DNA from: Rickettsiales bacterium | GTDB lineage: Bacteria > Pseudomonadota > Alphaproteobacteria > Rickettsiales > JBIKYU01 | Reading direction: 5' to 3' | Length of the DNA stretch: 52,507 nucleotides | NCBI GenBank assembly: GCA_044355085.1 | Contig: JBIKYU010000004.1 | Coordinates: forward strand, 1-52,507 | Shown: positions 49,668 to 52,507 of the stretch, one piece after another | Position numbering within the stretch: the first letter of the stretch is position 1 | Layout of the letters: each line of letters starts with the position of its first letter | Notes under the pieces: generated by a model | Databases searched by the model: none | The model's input: the letters and a program-made list of their open reading frames with translations, nothing else | What the model was told of the DNA's origin: nothing | Made by a program: the position numbers and the translations under genes

Positions 49668-50920
49668 GTACGCAAAAAATAATGGATGAATTGGTAATGC
49701 GCGCGCGCGCTGCTGCGTTGGTTCTGGCGCAAGCTTCAGATATCCAGAAAAACCGTGCGATATGTGCAGCAGCAACGCAAATTCGTTTGCAAGAAGCTGA
49801 AATTCTAGCCGCAAATTCTGCCGATATTGCCAGTGCAGAAAATCTTTCTGCGGCGATGCTTGATCGCTTAAAGCTGAACTCAGCGCGTGTTGATGCGATG
49901 GCTGCGGCGCTGGAGTCGATTGCTGGCCTTGCTGATCCAGTTGGAAAAATATTATCGGAATGGAAGCGGCCAAATGGCTTGCAAATAGCGCGTATTAGCG
50001 TTCCTCTTGGCGTGGTTGGAATTATTTATGAATCGCGCCCAAATGTTACAGCTGATGCGAGTGGATTATGTTTGAAATCAGGAAATGCTGTGATTTTGCG
50101 CGGCGGTTCTGAAAGTTCTGCGACTTCAGCGGTAATTGCAAAATGTATTCGCGCGGGATTGCGCATTGCAAATTTACCAGAAGATGCGGTGCAAATTGTG
50201 CCAACGAAGGATCGCGAAGCGGTAGGTTTTATGCTTTCTATGGCGGGAAAAATTGATGTTATTATTCCGCGCGGTGGAAAAAATTTATGTGAGCGCGTGC
50301 AGAATGAAAGTCGCGTGCCAACGCTTTTGCATTTGGAAGGAAACTGCCATACCTACATTCACACAAGTGCAGATTTTAAAATGGCGGAAGAAATTTTATT
50401 GAATGCAAAAATGCGGCGTACAGGCATTTGTGGCGCGACCGAATCGCTTTTGATTGATCGTGAAATTGCTGCAGAAATTTTGCCGAAATTAGTTGCGGTT
50501 TTATCAGAAAAAAACTGTGAAATTCGCGGTGATGCTGATTCAATTAATATTGATGCGCGCATAAAACCTGCAACAGAAGATGATTGGCGGGCTGAATATT
50601 TATCGGCGATTTTATCGGTAAAAATTATCGATGGTTTAGAAGAAGCAGTTGCTTGGATAAATAATTATGGCTCGCATCACACTGATGCAATTATTGCTTC
50701 TGCGCCAAAAGCGGCGGAATATTTTTTGGCAAATGTTGATAGCGCCATTGTGATGCATAATGCTTCAACGCAATTTGCCGATGGTGGAGAATTTGGCTTG
50801 GGTGCTGAAATCGGCATTGCAACTGGGCGCTTGCATGCGCGTGGCCCTGTTGGTGCGGAGCAGCTGGTTACTTACAAATATCTTGTACATGGAAATGGGC
50901 AAATTCGCCCTCTAGCTTAG
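49664..50920 (+). CDS. proA: Gamma-glutamyl phosphate reductase
   Basis: IYESRPNVT, LRGGSE, ICGATE, NASTQFADG, HARGPVG; ATGA overlap with proB. Confidence 0.98.
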   Translation: MSTQKIMDELVMRARAAALVLAQASDIQKNRAICAAATQIRLQEAEILAANSADIASAENLSAAMLDRLKLNSARVDAMAAALESIAGLADPVGKILSEWKRPNGLQIARISVPLGVVGIIYESRPNVTADASGLCLKSGNAVILRGGSESSATSAVIAKCIRAGLRIANLPEDAVQIVPTKDREAVGFMLSMAGKIDVIIPRGGKNLCERVQNESRVPTLLHLEGNCHTYIHTSADFKMAEEILLNAKMRRTGICGATESLLIDREIAAEILPKLVAVLSEKNCEIRGDADSINIDARIKPATEDDWRAEYLSAILSVKIIDGLEEAVAWINNYGSHHTDAIIASAPKAAEYFLANVDSAIVMHNASTQFADGGEFGLGAEIGIATGRLHARGPVGAEQLVTYKYLVHGNGQIRPLA

Positions 50921-50928
50921 AGGATAAA

Positions 50929-51513
50929 ATGCAGACTCTGCGCTCTTTTCGTAACTTGTCGCGTTACAAAAAAATGCGCATTGGTTTGTTAGGAGGTTCT
51001 TTTAATCCGCCACATGCGGGGCATTTTTTTATCAGCAAACAAGCGCAGAAAAAAATGCAGCTAGATAGAATTTGGTGGGTTGTTTCGCCGCAGAATCCTT
51101 TGAAATCTTCTGAAAACATGGCTGATTTTTCTGCAAGAGAAGCTGCTTGTTCGCAGTTTATGCGGAATCGAAAAATCGAATTATGCACGCTGGAAGCTTT
51201 GCTATCTGCTCCTTACACGACGCATAAGTTTATTGATAAACTAAAAAAACATTGCGTCGATGTAGAATTTTTTTGGATCATCGGTAGCGATAATTTGGAG
51301 CAGCTGCAGCGATGGTTTCGCTGGAAAAATTTAAGCGAAAAAATTGATTTCATAATTTTTGATCGCGGTAAATCATGGCACCGCTCTGTTAGAAGCAAGA
51401 GCAATATTTGTTTGCGCAAAAGAAGCAAAAAATTATTTTTCATGCATGGGAAAAAACATCAGGCATCATCGAGTTTGATTAGGGATAAAATCGGCTTTAG
51501 AAAAAAATTATAG
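50929..51513 (+). CDS. nadD: Nicotinate-nucleotide adenylyltransferase
   Basis: GGSFNPPHAGH, IIGSDN, SSSLIR; follows proA. Confidence 0.92.
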   Translation: MQTLRSFRNLSRYKKMRIGLLGGSFNPPHAGHFFISKQAQKKMQLDRIWWVVSPQNPLKSSENMADFSAREAACSQFMRNRKIELCTLEALLSAPYTTHKFIDKLKKHCVDVEFFWIIGSDNLEQLQRWFRWKNLSEKIDFIIFDRGKSWHRSVRSKSNICLRKRSKKLFFMHGKKHQASSSLIRDKIGFRKKL

Positions 51514-51527
51514 ATAGGGTTTTACAA

Positions 51528-52507
51528 GTGATCAGTGATTATACGGCTAAATATTTTGCACATGAGTTAACAAGGCGCTTTCCTTCAGATAGCTCTGAAA
51601 AATTGGCGAGTGCGTTGGTTGATGCGCAGGTTGATTTAAATCCACATCAAGTTGAAGCTGCGCTTTTTGCTTTTCGCTCTCCACTTTCAAAGGGCGCGTT
51701 GTTGGCTGATGAGGTGGGTTTAGGAAAAACAATTGAAGCAGGTTTGGTTCTTGCGCAAAAATGGGCAGAAAGAAAACGCAAAATTCTTGTCATCACGCCT
51801 TCAAATCTAAGAAAACAATGGCACCAAGAGCTGCAGGAAAAATTTTTTCTACCTTGTGCGATACTAGAAGCAAAAGCATATAACGAGGCGATTAAAGCGG
51901 GTAATTTTCAGCCGTTTGAAAATAAAGAGAACATAATTATTTGTTCGTATCAATTCGCGCGCAGCAAAGCCTCTGATGTTCACAGAATTGCATGGGATTT
52001 GGTAGTAATTGACGAAGCGCACAGATTACGAAATGTATATAAAACTTCAAATGTAATTTCTAATACACTCAAGAATGCTCTTGGTTCTGTTCCAAAGATT
52101 CTGCTAACTGCAACGCCGCTACAAAATTCGCTGCTCGAATTATTTGGTTTAGTTAGCTTTATTGATGAAAAAACTTTTGGTGATTTAAAAAGTTTTCGTG
52201 AGCAATTCCTGCACTTAAATGAAGAGCAAGTATTCAATGCTCTGAAAGCAAGATTGCATCCAGTATGTCACCGCACATTGCGACGCCAAGTTACTTCGGT
52301 TTCATATACAAATCGCTTGCCAATGGTGGAGCAATTTACACCAGAAGCAAGCGAAGATCAGCTTTATCATTTAGTTTCAAATTATCTGAGACGAGAAAAT
52401 CTTCAGGCGCTACCTAATAGTCAGCGTGCATTAATGACATTGGTTTTGCGCAAATTACTAGCTTCATCAACATTTACTATAACTAATACATTAGATACTT
52501 TGATAAA
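51528..52507 (+). CDS. SNF2-family DEAH helicase, 5' part (runs off window)
   Basis: Hand translation from GTG 51528, open to the end: MISDYTAKYFAHELTRR...DAQVDLNPHQVEAALFAFRSPLSKGALLADEVGLGKTIEAG...DEAHRLRN...LTATPLQN. Missing from the ORF track. Confidence 0.93.
   Translation, partial: MISDYTAKYFAHELTRRFPSDSSEKLASALVDAQVDLNPHQVEAALFAFRSPLSKGALLADEVGLGKTIEAGLVLAQKWAERKRKILVITPSNLRKQWHQELQEKFFLPCAILEAKAYNEAIKAGNFQPFENKENIIICSYQFARSKASDVHRIAWDLVVIDEAHRLRNVYKTSNVISNTLKNALGSVPKILLTATPLQNSLLELFGLVSFIDEKTFGDLKSFREQFLHLNEEQVFNALKARLHPVCHRTLRRQVTSVSYTNRLPMVEQFTPEASEDQLYHLVSNYLRRENLQALPNSQRALMTLVLRKLLASSTFTITNTLDTLI

Overview
Chromosomal segment of an alphaproteobacterium, inferred from the CtrA/ChpT type and gene content to be a flagellated, piliated, biosynthetically capable Rickettsiales-like lineage. 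It is mostly shuffled housekeeping genes: uup, groES-groEL, elbB, fliO-fliP, ndk, xseA, purD, trmB, metK, rpsT, clpB, acpP-fabF-mltG-plsY, pyrD, pilT, a phosphomannomutase, gabD-bioA, ahpC-ahpD with oxyR, fumC, ctrA-chpT, fliI, rsfS, bolA-grxD and proB-proA-nadD. Both edges carry elements missing from the ORF track: the left end of an IS3-family element (1-160) and the 5' part of an SNF2 helicase of the type found with type III R-M loci (51528-end). The most notable unannotated signals are a ~110-nt candidate sRNA with a multi-anti-Shine-Dalgarno UUCC loop (22256-22364, minus), a 43-aa Cys-containing ORF heading the ahpCD operon, and RPE-like palindromic elements (one with an exact 50-bp duplication just upstream of the clpB promoter). 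Also notable are an orphan UUCG terminator (second sRNA candidate), an exported intradiol-dioxygenase fold lacking its iron ligands and carrying a VNTR, a mosaic fumC with AT-rich insertions, and a frameshifted formyltransferase. No rRNA, tRNA or CRISPR array was seen, and I found no convincing new multi-gene system. All calls are by eye, without database searches.
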